DNA of 64,000 nucleotides from Monocercomonoides exilis PA203 (taxonomy: Eukaryota; Protista; Preaxostyla). This document shows, piece by piece, positions 36,801 through 51,453 of this stretch. The position numbers and the translations under genes are program-made. The notes beneath the pieces are model-generated. The model was not told where the DNA came from. It made no database searches and saw nothing but the letters and a program-made list of their open reading frames with translations. Location of the stretch: positions 806,001 through 870,000 of the forward strand of contig LSRY02000032.1 in NCBI GenBank assembly GCA_001643675.2, given 5' to 3'. Positions within the stretch are counted from its first letter, which is position 1, and each line of letters opens with the position of its first letter.

Positions 36801-39800
36801 GCTGCTAACTATCTGATGGATCAGTCAACAAGCATTCTGCTCCAACAGCAGCAGCAGCAACAACAACAAATGAACCAATTGTGTCAGAACAATCGCTCTT
36901 TCGGATTCGGATTGAATCAGCAGTCTTCATTCAACACACAGACATTTGCAACACCACAGACTTCACCTGCATCTGACAATTCATCAGAGTCATCTCCCAT
37001 CACATCTGCCTCTGTTGCTCTTCTCGGCTCTTCTGATCGTTCTGACTGTGCATGGATCACAGACTCCTCAGGAAGCGACAAGCAGGCCAGCCAAGACAGA
37101 TTGTTTGCACGGACGCTCCAATCAGCAGACGAGCAGAGCACAGCACTTTCGTCGTATGCAGTGATTCCACCCTCAGTGAGACTGGCACAGCTGGTGAGAG
37201 GAGAAGATCTGTATGCCCATTGGGAGCAGCAGCTCAACTCAGACGAGAAGAGTTCGTTGTATGCAGCGAATGGCAATCCGTTTGAGTCGTTTGTGGCGAG
37301 TCTGTCGCTGTTTCTGCCGAATTCTCCAATCCACCCACCATCTTCCTCATCGCTGGCAGATGTCAGCATGATCTACAACGATCCTTCTTCTCTTGTGACT
37401 CGGTGTGAGCAGTCACTCAAAACGAAGCAAAGCTCGCAGGCACAAGCACAAGCTCAGACAAAGAATATGACAAAGTACACGAAGCAAACAACTGTGATGG
37501 CTGATGTCTCTCTGCTACGCTTTGCTATGAACTTGGACCACGACACTTACACAGAAGCTGCACTGTCGATACTGAATCTGTTTGTGTTTGCCAATCAAAT
37601 GTTAGCCTTCTACTCTCAGCAGAACGAGCAGGCACGGAGAGGAAATGCAAATGGCTCTGATAATGTTACTCCCTCTTCTTCTACACCAGCAGCATCGCCT
37701 CTCTCTGTAAACACTCCAGTCGCAAAAGCTGAATTAAACGTGGAAAAATCATCGAATTCCTCTTCGTCATTTTTGAGTGTTGTGGAAAGGAACTTTTCTA
37801 CTCCTTTAAAACAAGAACAAAAGCAACAGAAGCAGCAAGTTATCGAGCCCTCGAAGAAAGAGAAGAAAGAGAAAAAAGACAAATCAAAAACAGGCTCAAC
37901 AAAACTCAAACTGCTTCTTCGTGTTCGAATGGGTGTGCTGTGTGGTGTTATCTCGCGAAAACAGAAGCTGCTTAGCTCAATTCTGGCTCAAAACTGCACA
38001 CTCCTGTTTACACAGACACAATATGCCTACATCTTCTCTTCATCTCTGGAATCTCTGAAGGCCTTTGATCTATCACCTTCTTCGATTGCACACAAACCAA
38101 CTCAAAAAGTCTTCCAGCAGATTGTTCATTTCTCTGGATGTAACGATACTTCATCTCCTGCCAACAGCCAACGCGCTTCAAATGCATCCCTTTCAACAGC
38201 AGGCACATTCTCAAATGCAATTCCAGGTCGATCCACAGATTCAGCAGTTTCCAAATCAACTTCATTGAACTCAAAGCCCAACCAGGCGTATTCAGTGAAA
38301 GTGACCATTCCATACGAGTCAGCCTCTTCTACCTTTGGTGGCTATGGTATGTTCATCGAAGGACTTTTCTCTTCTGTGCGTGTTGTTGGCCTCCGCCGCC
38401 CGATCGAAGAGCTGGTGAACTTCTTTTCATTCAAACACTTTCCGACCTATCTGCTCAACCGTGGCCAGCTGAATGCGATGGGCGATTCAGCAAAAGCGAC
38501 AGCCAAAAAAGCGATGTCGTCAGCATTAGGCTCATCATTCACGAAATATTTCATCAGCAAATCGACTTCTTTGCATTCAGCTCGGAACTTTGACTCGCAA
38601 ACACCGAATGCTGAAATGACTGATGACTCATTCAACAACAGAAACACAGCAAGCTTGTCAAAAGGTTCTTCTGCTGTTCATCACATTCCACCTTTCATTC
38701 CATACATCAGCATCCATTTCGACTCACCTGTGTTGGTATTGCCTCAATCATCAGCCTCTCCACACAACGTGATTGTCCTCTCCTGCGGCACACTCGACAT
38801 CACCACTGCCGTCCTCACCTCGCTCGTTCCATTCCATCTTCCTCCTGTCCCACGCGATGCACACAGCAGACTGTCGCTGACAAGCAGAGAAGAAGACGAT
38901 GATAGCAGCCCTGGAAGATTGCATCAGAACAACAGCAGCAGCAGCAGTGGCAATACATTAAGGGGAATCAACAATAACTCTGTTCACGATTTCATTGCAT
39001 CACAGAAAGAGAAAGACCAAGAAATGCTGCTTGACAACCAGACACCAAAGCATCTGAGGAACATATCGCTGCAATTTGGATTGCATCTCTCTCGCTTCGA
39101 TTTGTTTATGGGCTCGCTGATATCTCTCCATAGGCACAGAAGAGGCATGTCCAGTTTCGGTTCGAGCCAGAATATGTTTGGCTCTTCATCAAATTTGCCA
39201 TCTGCTGATGGAAACAATCTTTCATCTGGTTCAACAACTGCGCCTGGCCATCGCACAATCAATTCTCTGAGCAGCTTTCCTCCTCTTTCTGCATATCCAC
39301 TTCTTGGGGATTATGAACTTCCCCAGTTTGCTGCGATATCTTCAGAGGATGCTGAGAAAAGAAGGACTTCTTCGCTTTCTGCAGTGAAAGGTGTGACAAC
39401 AGCAACATTCAGAGATTGCTTCCCGACACTCGACGATGTGAGTGCTCATGTTGGCATTGAATTGTCGCTGAGGAGATCGATTGTGCTGGATTCCCATCTG
39501 AAGGACAAAACACTACAGACAACAACAAATACTCAGAATGAACAGCAATCTAATCAACAAAGCAACCAAAATGGAGGGAATGGCAACCACTTGTTCATTC
39601 CTTCTGTTTCATACTCAAAATCACCTGAGCAACAGCCTGTTAGTGTGCTGCCTCCTCTGCTCACAGTAGCCCTGACTGTCTCTCCCATATCTGTTGCATT
39701 AGAAAGTGTGCTGGTTGAGACATTAGCACAGACAATGGAGATGAACTGGACAGAATCCCCTCTGTTTGCTCCGCTGTATATCGAGTCATATCGTCCAGTG

Positions 39801-42800
39801 ATTGTGAATGAGGACGGTTCAGTTGTGAGTGAAGCAAAAGAGCAGAGAGAAAGCCATCTGCCAAAAAGCAGTAAGCGCAAAGACGTATATTACACAGCTT
39901 CGCAAACTGGGCGTTCAGATAAACAGACACACGAGAAGAAAAAGAAGAAGTCTGTTTTGGATCGGATTATGAAAGTTCGTGATTTCCAGCAGAGCAGGCA
40001 ACAACCATCCAGCCGACGCAATCAAGATGAGGCTCATTCAACTTTTTCGTCTGAAGTTGCTGAAGAAGAGAAAAATGATTCCTCTTCAGAGAAGTTTCTT
40101 GGTTGGTGGCTCCACACAACGACAGCTGGCGAGAAGCTGTTTTTGGAGTCTGCTGATCAAGTGATTGGATTCGAGAACAATTTGAGGAGAATGGGAAATA
40201 GCTTGACACCTTCTTTGTGTGAGACACTTTTCACATCGAACACTGCATTCATCATTCACAACAGCATAACACGCCCTTCGCCTTCTATCGTTTTATCTGC
40301 ACACATCGCGGAGATCACTGCCTTCTTGTTCAAAGTACCAGAATCTCGTTCAGCTACAAGTTCTACAGGCACACCAAGCAGTTTATCAGGAAACAACCAG
40401 ATGCCATCTGCTCTGTCGCCAAATGTATCGACTGCATTGTGGAGCAAGCTCACTGCACGAATGCCTCTTTTGCTGGCGAGAATACGCTCCTTACGTGCTT
40501 GTGGAATGTCACTCACAAATCACAGCTACACCGTCCTGTTCAGCATTGACAGTGTGACAGTTGAAGACTCACGTGTTGCACTGACACGGGAGATGCTGGA
40601 GATGGAAGAGAGAACAGAACAGCCCACGCCTCTGAAGAAAAAAGAGAATGAACTAATTCCTCTGTCATACTTCAGTCAGGTGCTTGCCGTTCACGGCTCT
40701 TCTGAAATCGTGAAGGATGAAGTGCATTTCTGGGAAAGACGAATATCTTCATCAAGCGCAATGCATTTGCCTCCTCCCATCGATGCAAGCAATCTCCACC
40801 ACTGGGCAGCAATGAAGCATCCATTTGTGGTTATGTTGATCACAGAGCCAAATGGTGCGATTGATGTGTCTGCCCATCTGACGCGGCCGCAGATTCTGTG
40901 GAACACCGACTTTGCATTGGAAGTGTTGAAGATGCTGTGCTTGTCGCGTACAGTTGCATCCAGAACATTCGACGCATTGAAGCAGCACTCGATGATCAGG
41001 AAGAAGCACTATGCATCGTTTGCAACAGCCATCCCATCACAGGAGCAGGTGAGGGTGCAGAATGAGCTGGAGAATGCACTCGTCGAATATGAGCAGTGGA
41101 TGAACAACAAAAACGCTCCACCTTCTGCCTCTGCGTTTGACAGCAGGCTGAATGCTGATAAAATCGTCCTCACAGAAGCGCAGCCACAGATGCCAGTGAT
41201 TCCTACACAGCCAGTAAAGAACAGATTGTCAATCACTCCAACAAAAGAGGAGATGCATCTGCTGGGCTTGTCAGATGTCACCACAAGCGATTCATTCCTG
41301 TCGTATCTGAATATCAATCAGAACAAACAGAAGGCTGCATCAAAAGCGATGGAGGAGCGAAAAATGAGACAGAGGTTGTTTACTGGAACAGATGAAAATG
41401 GAGAAGAAAACTTTGAAGCCAAGCTTTTGTTGATCGACTCTGGTCGCTCGCCGTCTTTGAGATGGTTGAACCGATCATTTGCAGACCAAGCGAAAGCACA
41501 ACAAATTCTGAGCAGCCAGAAACTAAAACAAGGAGTCACCACTTTGTATCTGATGAACAAGCACTTCTTGTCAAGAGACACATTTTCTGATCTTTGCCCG
41601 TTTGGCTCACTGCCATATCCAACTGCCTCGTGGAGCAGAACTCTTCTGTCTTCTTCTGCATTGGCTGCTTCTGCCAACTCTTCTGCTGCTGTGAATGGTA
41701 ATGCAGCTGATCCAAACTCGGGTACAATGCCGTTTCTTGTTCCACACTATGCCAATGGCTCTACCTCAGCAAAGCGCCAGCTGTCTTCGCTGGAGAAGTT
41801 CTTTGCCATGTTTGTTGCTCCTCTGCGTCTACGTATCACGCTCATCGATGCCTTTGCACATGCAATCGAAGATCCGCGTGTGTATGCATCGTTTGCTCTT
41901 TCGTGCCTTGTTGATGGAGACATATGCACAGAGTTGGATCCAGCTACAACAGACGCAGCCACTACAGACATGTTTCACGAAGAACACGTTGTTCTTATTG
42001 CCAGACTTTCTCACTCCTTCCCATTAATCGGGTTCCGCTCGCATCCACTCATCAAAGGCCTCCACAGCCCAGATGCAACAGCAGCTATTGATTCACTCAC
42101 TTCCAACGCACGCCGCTCATCATCATCAGCTTCAGACACATTGTCTTTGGCGCCTGTTGCTCCAACTCCAGTTTCCCCACCATCTTCTCCAACAGACTTG
42201 ATTCTGCTTTTCCCACACACAGTTATTCCATTCCAGCTGTCTGTGACTTCACTCCAACTCTTCCGCAGCCAGCCAAACACATTCAAGATTGACGAAAGCA
42301 AACGCTCAACATTCGTCTCGTCTTCCACCACAGCCAACATTGCCTCTTCATATTGCGAGCCTTTATTCCCGAAACCTCGTTCTTCACTTATTCCCTACAA
42401 CATCCTTTCTCATCCTCTTTCTTCATTCGCTGGGCCACTTCCATTCTCTCTTCAGATAACTCTCTTAACATCATCTGCCATTCAGCGTGCAATGCCACAG
42501 ATTAGCTCGCTTCTGCTGGATAGCGCATCGGTCGTGCAGTTTATCAGCATCATTCCACCTGATGCCCTGCCTTTCGATTATAACTTCCCTGAAAACGTGT
42601 ATTCACACAACAGCAAGCTGCCTTCAATCACGCAACACATCGCGCCTTCTTCTTCGACTCCTCAGCAGCAGATTACGAGCCTGTCTGCTTTGGATACAAT
42701 CTCACTTTCACACATCATTATTGCCTTTACATCTCCTCAATCTTATAAGGCTTCATTCTCATATCACGATTTCCGTGTGTTATTGTCATTGTTCACACAA

Positions 42801-45800
42801 ATTAGCAGAGCACCCGCTATATTCAAGCTAAATCTTGAGCATATTCAGCAGATTGTTGAAGAAAATCATGCAACTGTTTCTTCTCCAATGACACCTGAAG
42901 AGAGCACTCTGAGCTATGAAGAAGGAATGAGACAGGATAATATGCCAAGCAGACATCAAACCCCACCGTTTTCGCAAAAGTCACAAGGAGGCACAGATGG
43001 AAAGCATTCAGCAACCGGAGCTAAAGGATTCTCACACTTTGAGATGGATGATCCATATGCATCTTCCACTGCTTCAGACACCGCTCAGAAAAAGCTCCCA
43101 CCTCTTCCTCCTCCACGAAGCGATGCCAGCGCACCAACACTGGAAGGCTTGCAGTCAGAACCAGACAAACTAGGAGCAGATGACTTGAAGCGTGATGACA
43201 TTGTGCTGATTGATCCTGGAAATGTCGAGGCTTCTACAGCACTCAACAACAATCCATTTGCTGTTGTTAGCTCAAATGTGACACAAAAGCAGGCAACAGT
43301 TGACAAGATTGTGTACACATATCGAACAGAGGCCGATGAGCAGAGGCAGAAGAAAGCTGAAAAGAAGAGGAAGACGGCAGCTGTTGCTGAAAGCAAAGTG
43401 TATGAAGACCGTCTGACCACATCGACATTCAAAGACTCACCCACAAGCGATGCATGGGCTGTTGTGGTGTCTGCAGACACAGAAGCCAACGTGTACATGG
43501 AAGATGGCAGATCACCTCAAATATCAGGCAATGAATCTTCAGGCCAGGCTTCTTCTGGTGCATTGAAGGCACCGAGAAGCAACGAGGTTGCTATTTCATC
43601 AGCCGAAGAGTCAGATGACGATGATGATGACAGTGAATTCGACTCAGAATTTGGCTTTGATGAAAGCGACGATGATGAAGACGGAGCACGGATGCCATTT
43701 ATGTATTCCGGAAGAGCAAACAAGATATCACAGAGATTTTCTGCAACCAACCCAGACTTCGATAACAGAGGAAGGCTGCGTGTGCTGTCAGCTGCGTATC
43801 TGATGCATCTCTTATTTGTCTCGCTTTCTCTGAATAACAAAGGTGTTGACATTCTGTGTGTGAATGATATCCACGATGGCTATGCACCTCCTGTATTGAA
43901 ATTGCATCTGTCAGAATCGCGTGTTTCTGCACTGGCTTCGATGATCATACACAACAGACCAGCCCCGCATTCATTCAAACCTCTCAAATCGTCACCAAAG
44001 CTGACTGATTCTCGCAAGCAAACTCCTTCTTTGATGGACATCACAGACGACACTCAACCCAGAATGTATCGCCATCTTTCAAAAAGTGAAGATCTCGAAG
44101 GCATCTTTGGACAATCGACAACTTCGCAGGTGAAGTTTGCTAATCATCCTAATTCAAACAAAAGGAAATCATCATGCTCATCCGACTCATTCAATGACTC
44201 TGGCTATTTGTCTGACAACACAATTTCAAGTGCAGCTAAGATTGATTCACTTATCTGCTCATATCCTCCATCAATAATGAAAAAAGTGTCAAAGGCAAGC
44301 AGATCTCAATGCTCATCAAGAAGTGGATCAGTGGACTTTTCCTCTGGCGCATCATCTTCTGGTGCTGCAATGCTTTCACTTGCCGGAAGTCGGCAGAAGC
44401 ATTCTCTCTCTGTTCTGACTGATCTTTACTCAATCATCACAAAACTATTTGAGACACTTGGACTTCCGTTGACGGTCGGACGGATAATAAAAGTTGCAGC
44501 TGCAGCACAAGGTGGCTTATCAATTGATGCTTTCAACACAAAACTCAATGCAATGGAGCCTCTGTTAGAGCCTGTCCATATTGGAGCTTGCATCCACCCA
44601 TCTATTCTACCAGCAATATCAGTTTCTTTGGCAACCGACAGCATATTTAATGTTAACGTCACAAGAGATCTGTTTGACTCGCTATCATCATTTGCCCTTT
44701 CTGTGATGATTGACTTGGGTCTTCTTGGTGCACAGAGAGACAAAACGCGTAATGTTCTTGAGCAACAGTCCAAAGTGAAAGAGGTGAAGGACTCAGCACA
44801 ATTGAATACAGAGTCAATGTCTGTATTGTCATCTGGTGCTTCTTCAATGTCTCTTCTTCCAACCAATTTGCGCAGAAATGAGCTGAGTGTGTCCGACTTC
44901 GCATTGCAAACACTGAGTTCACTACCTTCCATCAGCTGCGAGTGCTTTGGCTACACAACCGCAGAGCAGTTTGCACAGTTTGTGAGGCAGTCTGCCGAGA
45001 GGAGTCCAACAATAACTCAACAGAGCACACCTCCACCACCTGTTGCACTCAAATCTTCTCCATTTGCTGCAATGAAGCTCAAAGCCAGCGAATCACCGAT
45101 GTCTCAGCCAGCTGCAACTTTGCTGGCATCGCCTGAAGTCATTGCTGAGCAAAGTATTTCCAAGTCAGCATTTCTTGTGCGCAATCACACAGGTGTTGCT
45201 GTGACTGTGCTGAACCAGCCAGGCGGAAAGCTGTATATCCAGCCAGGAACAGAGGCACCGGTTATTGCTTCGTTCCAGTTGGTTCAACATTCACCCGAAC
45301 CAAAAGCGATTATGTCAGCAAACACACTGATGCAGAGGAAGATGTTCCACAAATTCTCACGTGCGATGGTTACTGTTTGCATCGAACATACAGAACGGAC
45401 TCTGTCATTTGATCTCAGCAACCCGCTGGTGCTGACGATGCCACTTGCGATGAACGACAACTCCTCAACACATGTTGTGCGGGCTGAATGCTTCTCGGAA
45501 CTTGGAAGACGTGTTCTTCTTTTGGCTTCTCCTGTTTGCATCCGCAACACCACAAACATTCCACTCATTTTCCATTTCTCGCAGCAGACATCCTCTTTCT
45601 CGTCAACCGGAGCATCTTCGTTCCAGCCGAGTCTGCTGTTCACCAAAAAGCCAGCTGCTTCTGCTTCTTCTTCAGCCTCAGAAATTCCACGAGAATTTGT
45701 TTGCGAGCCACACAGCTGGATAAATGTACCTCCAAACATGACTGACTGGAAGTTTACTGTCGAGCCAGCCAACGGAAATCCTGGAGAAGGCTACAAAAAG

Positions 45801-48800
45801 TGGGAAGAATGGGAACAGACTGCATCGCACAGCTTGGCTGATATGGAAGAGAAACGCAGCTTCTATCTTGTCTCAAATCCTAAGAAAATCAACAACATGA
45901 GAACGTCTGTTGCATCCTTTGGAGAGAAGCCCCAGACAGCACAAAAGCTTCCGCCACCTCTTACTTTGGCTGCATCTGTTAGTGTAATTGAGTCTGACAG
46001 AGCAAAGAACTCTGCAATGTTTTCTGGTTCACTCAGCATCGAAAGAAGAATACGTTCTCTGACTGTGTCACCTTCAATCAGCCCTGATCCTTCTCAAACA
46101 GGATCAATGGCCTCATCAAATAATGAGTTCTCAGCAGGTGCATATGATGAGAACGATGAACAAGATCTGCTGGATGAAGTGGACGATGAAGAGGATGCGA
46201 TTGACGAATCTGACACAAATAATTCTCAGTCGTCTTCAAGTTCTTCAAAGAGCAGCCCATCTTCTTCCCCATTTGCTTCAAGAAAGAAGGTGATTACTAA
46301 GCGAAAATGCCCAAATGCTGCAACTAAGGAAACGCATGTTCTGCTGATCACCTTCCGCCCTCCACTCACATTCGTCAATGCACTTCCAATGCCTGTCACA
46401 ACGCACATCACATTGAACACCATCCAACCAACCAACCGAGCTCCACTGCCACCGACTCCTCCGTCATTGGCATCTGGAAAGGGAGCATTTCGTCCACAGG
46501 CTCCTCCTTCGATCTCTCCAACAGCACAAGAGAACATTACAGACATTCCAACTCATCTGAAGCCAAAACAAGTTGCTAAATTGTATCATGTGCCCTTCGA
46601 TAAAAATCTCATGCTTTCTGTTGCACTCACCATCACTAAAAACAATAAAGCTCCTCGTCCTTCGACTTCTTTGAGTGCTTCGCCATTCCGCAGCAGCCAA
46701 CGAATGTCTGTATCTGTGCCTGTCGCTCCACCACCACAGCAAGGCGCAGCTATTGATCTTGACCTCCAAAACGGGAAATCTATTGCAACATACTTCTATG
46801 CACCAATGCTGGAGCCGTATTACAACGCTGCTCAGCGTATTGGAGGAGCTGCAGGAAAGCCTCCGCATGAAGCAGCGATGAAAGTACTGAATTCAACAAT
46901 CTATTTCAGCTCCACATTCAACGCTGCCACGATGAATGTTACACTCTTTTCAAAATACTGGATTCTGAACAGAACACCTTTGAAGCTGTGCTACATCGAC
47001 AAGGAGGATAATGAGATAATTGATCCTGACAGACAGCCTATCTCCTTTGATGAGAACAACAACAATACTCTCCCGTCTTCTGTTCCTCGCCCGTTCCTCT
47101 TCTCTTTCCAGAAAGAAAAGTCAAATCCAGCCAATAATGTAATTCAATTGTTAGCAAAAACACCATTTAATGCAACAACTGTGAAAATGTTTTCATACAA
47201 CTCAGGCAATGAATCTTCCACTGGTTCTCTGCCATTGTTATATCCTCCCCCTGTTCCTTCTCCATCTTCTCCTCCTTCTTCATATGTATTTGCAAGCCCT
47301 GGTGCAAAAGGAGTGACGACAGCTACACAAAATAATGTGCAGCCACTTAGTCTGATCCCTCGTTCAGAAAAGGTTAGCATCGACATTCTTGATACACCAT
47401 ATGAAGTTTCTGTAACAAATGGTGGCTGCTCATGCCATCTTGTTGTTTCTACAAAACCGGGTACTGGAATCTTCTCTAAAACGAAGATTGTGACAGTATC
47501 AACTCAATTCAACTTCCTCAACCACATCACTGGGAGATCTCTGTTTGTGAGAGAATACATGGGTACACACAACTGGTCGAATCCCATATTTTCACAATCG
47601 TCTTCTGCTTCCTCTTCCAACGTGACACAACGTGTTGAGTCTGCTCCAGTCATTGAAATTCCTCCAGACTCTACTCTTCCAACACCACTGATTCATTCAT
47701 CCATACCAAACATGGACAAGTATTCCTTAGTTGATGACAACTCCTCCCGTGATTCCAAACGGAAATCAAAGACTCGTCTTGTTCAATTCGCACTGTCCAA
47801 TGATCCATCTTCTGTGTGGAGCGGGCCAATCCGCCTGAAAGAAATGGGTGAGTTTCCAGTGCTTTTACACGACCCTCGTTGTCCATCAATACCACTTCTT
47901 GTTTTGGTGAATATTGCTCCATGCGATTCAAAGGGAGCAGGTGCAAATGGAGTTGTATTTATTATGGTTCGTGCAGCAACAAAGAAGGCAGTAACACACT
48001 GGATCATGAATGACACAAACACTCGCGTGAATGTGTGGCAAGAAGGAGAAGCTTCTCTATCTTTATCAATTCCTCCAATGACTAAAATACCTTTCGGATG
48101 GTTTGATGCAAATATTACTGGAAAGAAAAGAATGATTATTGTTTCATTTGGGGATGATGTTAAACTGAAAATGGGTTCGTCTGTTGTGAAGAGAGAATTA
48201 CTTAAGCAGAATTCGGGAGCTCATCCTGTTTTGTTCTCTTCCAAGTCAACGCAAGCCAAAACGTTCAAGTTTGATCCAAACACAATTGAAGAGTACACTT
48301 TCACTTATAAAGCAGTTCCTTCAAACAAACAAAAGAAGAAGCAGTATAAGAACTATGATCCGAAAGGTATTGGACTGACATTCCAGCTTGGTTCCTTTGA
48401 TCGAACAGCGTATATTTCATGCTATCCATTCAGCACTTCTCGCTATGTTCACATCTCATTCACAGCAGTCCGTCCTGACCAACGAGGGCTTTTCACTCGC
48501 GCACGTAAATTCGCACTTTCAGCAGATACCGCACAGGCGAACAGAAGATTTGGGATGCATCCATTGGGAATGCAGCCACTTCGCATCCCAACAAATCCTG
48601 CTTCGGCTTCCTCGTCATCACAGTTGAATTCAAATGAAATAATGAATGGCAATGCAATGACCTCTTCTGAACTGAGCAATGCAAAATTCATGCATCACGA
48701 AAACAAGAAGAGAATGCAGCTTCTGCGCAACATATTTAGAGAGAACGATGATGTGCCAGATGATGCATTCTCAGCTGCTCTCACTCAAGCACGAAAGGAG

Positions 48801-51127
48801 CTTGCACCATTGCCTCGACCAGTGGAAATGCAGGTTTCTTTGAATATGAAGTTCTATGGCTTTGGTGTTTCGTTTGTTAATCCTCCAAGAAATGGAAGGA
48901 GGCCAAGAGAACTCTGCTATCTTAGCACACTTGGTCTGTCAGCCACATTTGAAGAAACAGCTGCTACACAACAGGTGGATATCCGAATGGACACGATGCA
49001 GTTGGATAACAGCGCCAGAAGAGCTTTCTTCCCAGTCGTTTTAAGTCGAGTTCCGGATGATTCGATAGTGAATGGTGCAGAAGACAAAGACGCCAACTTT
49101 GACGGAGTTCTGATTGATGATCCTAAGCAATCTGCAGATAATGCAAATGACTCAAAACATAATGGAGATTATGGAAATCAAAAACCTGCAGTTGTTCTTA
49201 CTCTTCTGAGAGATATGACACAATCCATGTCTGTGATATACCTCAACTATGTGATCACTCTTGTGCAGAAATTTGAGCTGAAGATTGATGAACTGTTTTT
49301 GTTAGACTTTGCACGTTTTGCTAATGAATTTCCAATTAAGACTATCAAAGAAATAATTGCAAGGAAGAGAAGAGAAGAAAGACTTCAAGTTTCAGTTCAT
49401 AGAAAGTATCGTTCAAAAGATTTACAAGCATCTTCTTCGACTTCATCTCTTTCAAATTCTCTTTCCACAATTGATGAATCAACGTTTTCTGATGCACAAT
49501 CACCGTCACTTGAAGGCTCATATAAGTCAGCTGATAATAACTCTGAAAGTCAATCTCAACTGTCACTCTCAACTATGGCATCAGATACCACATCTGGTGC
49601 TTCTCTTACAGAAATCCTGCCACCTGTTTATATTCCACTTTCATTGACACATGCGTATGAATCACACATTCGTATCTTCTCTCCTCTGCTAGCATTACAG
49701 CCAATGCATTTCTACATCACATTTATTGTTGCTGGGAAATCTGACACCAGTAACGATGAAAAGGAAAAGAACTTTTTGGGATTCAATACTTCGCCGAGCA
49801 GTACAAGTCGTTTTGGTGATGCTGACACAAACGAGAAGAACTTACCTGTTTCTCATTCATTCTTCGAAATGTTCAACAATCCTGTTCTTAGTGCTCTTTC
49901 ATCTGCTTTAGTTAATCTGGAAAAGGCAGATCTTTGCATCAGCTCTTTGATTATTAAGAATTTATACACTTCTTGGGACAAGCTTTCAGTTGGTGTTATA
50001 CAACATTATAAGATACACTTCCAAAGAGCATTTACAGGCCTTATTGGCTCACTTGCAGTGTTTGGAAATCCAGTTGGATTGTTGAACTCAATTGGCGGAG
50101 GTGTTCAGGAACTGTTCTATGAGCCTTCAAAGGGTATTTCTGAAGGACCAAAAGGTGTTGCCCTGGGAGTTGGGAAAGGTGTTTCTCAGCTTCTAAAGAA
50201 ATCTACATACGGACTTTTCGATTCTTTAAGTAAAATCACTGGAACAGCATCAGCAGGAATATCGCTGATGTCGTTTGACAGAGATTATCAGAACGAAAGA
50301 GCAAGAGACATGGCAGATAAGCCAAAGGTTTGAATATGATTTTTTCCCCCTCACAAAAAGTAACTTTTTTTAAATTCATTTCATTTTTGTAATATTTTAT
50401 TTTATAATTGTTTATTGAAATGCTCATCTTTCATTTTTTATAGCACGCTGCCGATGGAGTTGCAAAAGGTGTTATGCGATTTGGTAAAAGTCTGCTCGAC
50501 GGAGTGACTGGTGTTGTTGCAAATCCATTGAAAGGAGCGCAGAGAGAAGGTGTTGGAGGGTTTTTCAAGGGAATTGGCCAAGGCTTAGCAGGGCTTGTAG
50601 TGAAGCCAGTATCAGGTGTGGTGGATATGACGACAAAGATTGTTGAAGGAGTTCGAAATACAGTCACTTTGTTTGATACAAAACTGAACGGGAGAGTGAG
50701 GCTCCCGCGATATTTCTTCAATTCTCATATTCTTCTTCCATACGATCAACTCGCAGCGCAAGCTGGAATGTGGCTTGCTGAAACCGGGCGGCAGATCGAA
50801 AGTGAGGACTACGAAGCGTTTGCTGTTGTACGCAACACAAGCGTGAGGAACCACTTTTCTATTATTCTTCTAACCACATCACGTCTAATGAATCTACATG
50901 TGAATCCGGTGGATGACTTTGACCTTACTGTTGAATGGAAAATACCGCTGGATTTGCTTATTGGGTGCTCCTTCTCTGAATCAAAGAAGTCACTCGTTTT
51001 CATAAAGAAGACTTCTTTCACTTCTTCATCAACTGAAAAGAAGGAGGAAGATGTTGTCTATAAAGAGAACATGCCTGCACTCCTTGAAGAGATAAACAAG
51101 GCTATCAGCAGATATCAAAAGAAATAA
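30844..51127 (+). CDS. VPS13: VPS13-family bridge-like lipid transfer protein, ~6,685 aa
   Basis: Exons 30844-31036, 31090-31193, 31251-50327 and 50444-51127 join in frame. Chorein-N (LSAYFTGLD...GHVLLKNLQLKQDAV...KGSIGFLGMSASWTNLSEKPISLDV); VAB/SHR-BD (SPVCIRNTTNIPL, SKYWILNRTPLKL, WSGPI); RELCYLS...MQLDN...FFPVVL; ATG2_C-like GSLAVFGNPVGLLNSIGGGVQELFYEP and GFFKGIGQGLAGLVVKPVSG; terminal PH-like region. Confidence 0.93.
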
Positions 51128-51453
51128 GATTTATTACTTTTTTTTGGAAATGTTTTTATTTTTATTTTTATTTTTTTTGAACTTACCAAATGTTTTCTTT
51201 GTTTTTCAAGTGTTTTGAGTAGAAATGTTTTTGGATTGTGAATAATACTAAAAAGAGATATCATTGACTTCATGTGTGTACCAATCATTATTATTTTTTG
51301 AAGATGCTGTCAAAGAAAAAATCGGAAGTGATGGAAAGCTAGTTGAATCCACATCGTCTCTAACATAAATATTCAATTGAATAAAATGATGAAAAATCAA
51401 ACAAGATTATTTACAACTTAAAGTTCAAAAGGAAAAAAGTAATGCTGTTATTT

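Noticed and set aside
31807-50854. Numerous short antisense and alternate-frame ORFs inside VPS13, and similarly inside the other long genes
   Set aside because: They are by-products of codon bias in a long CDS and show no independent motifs.
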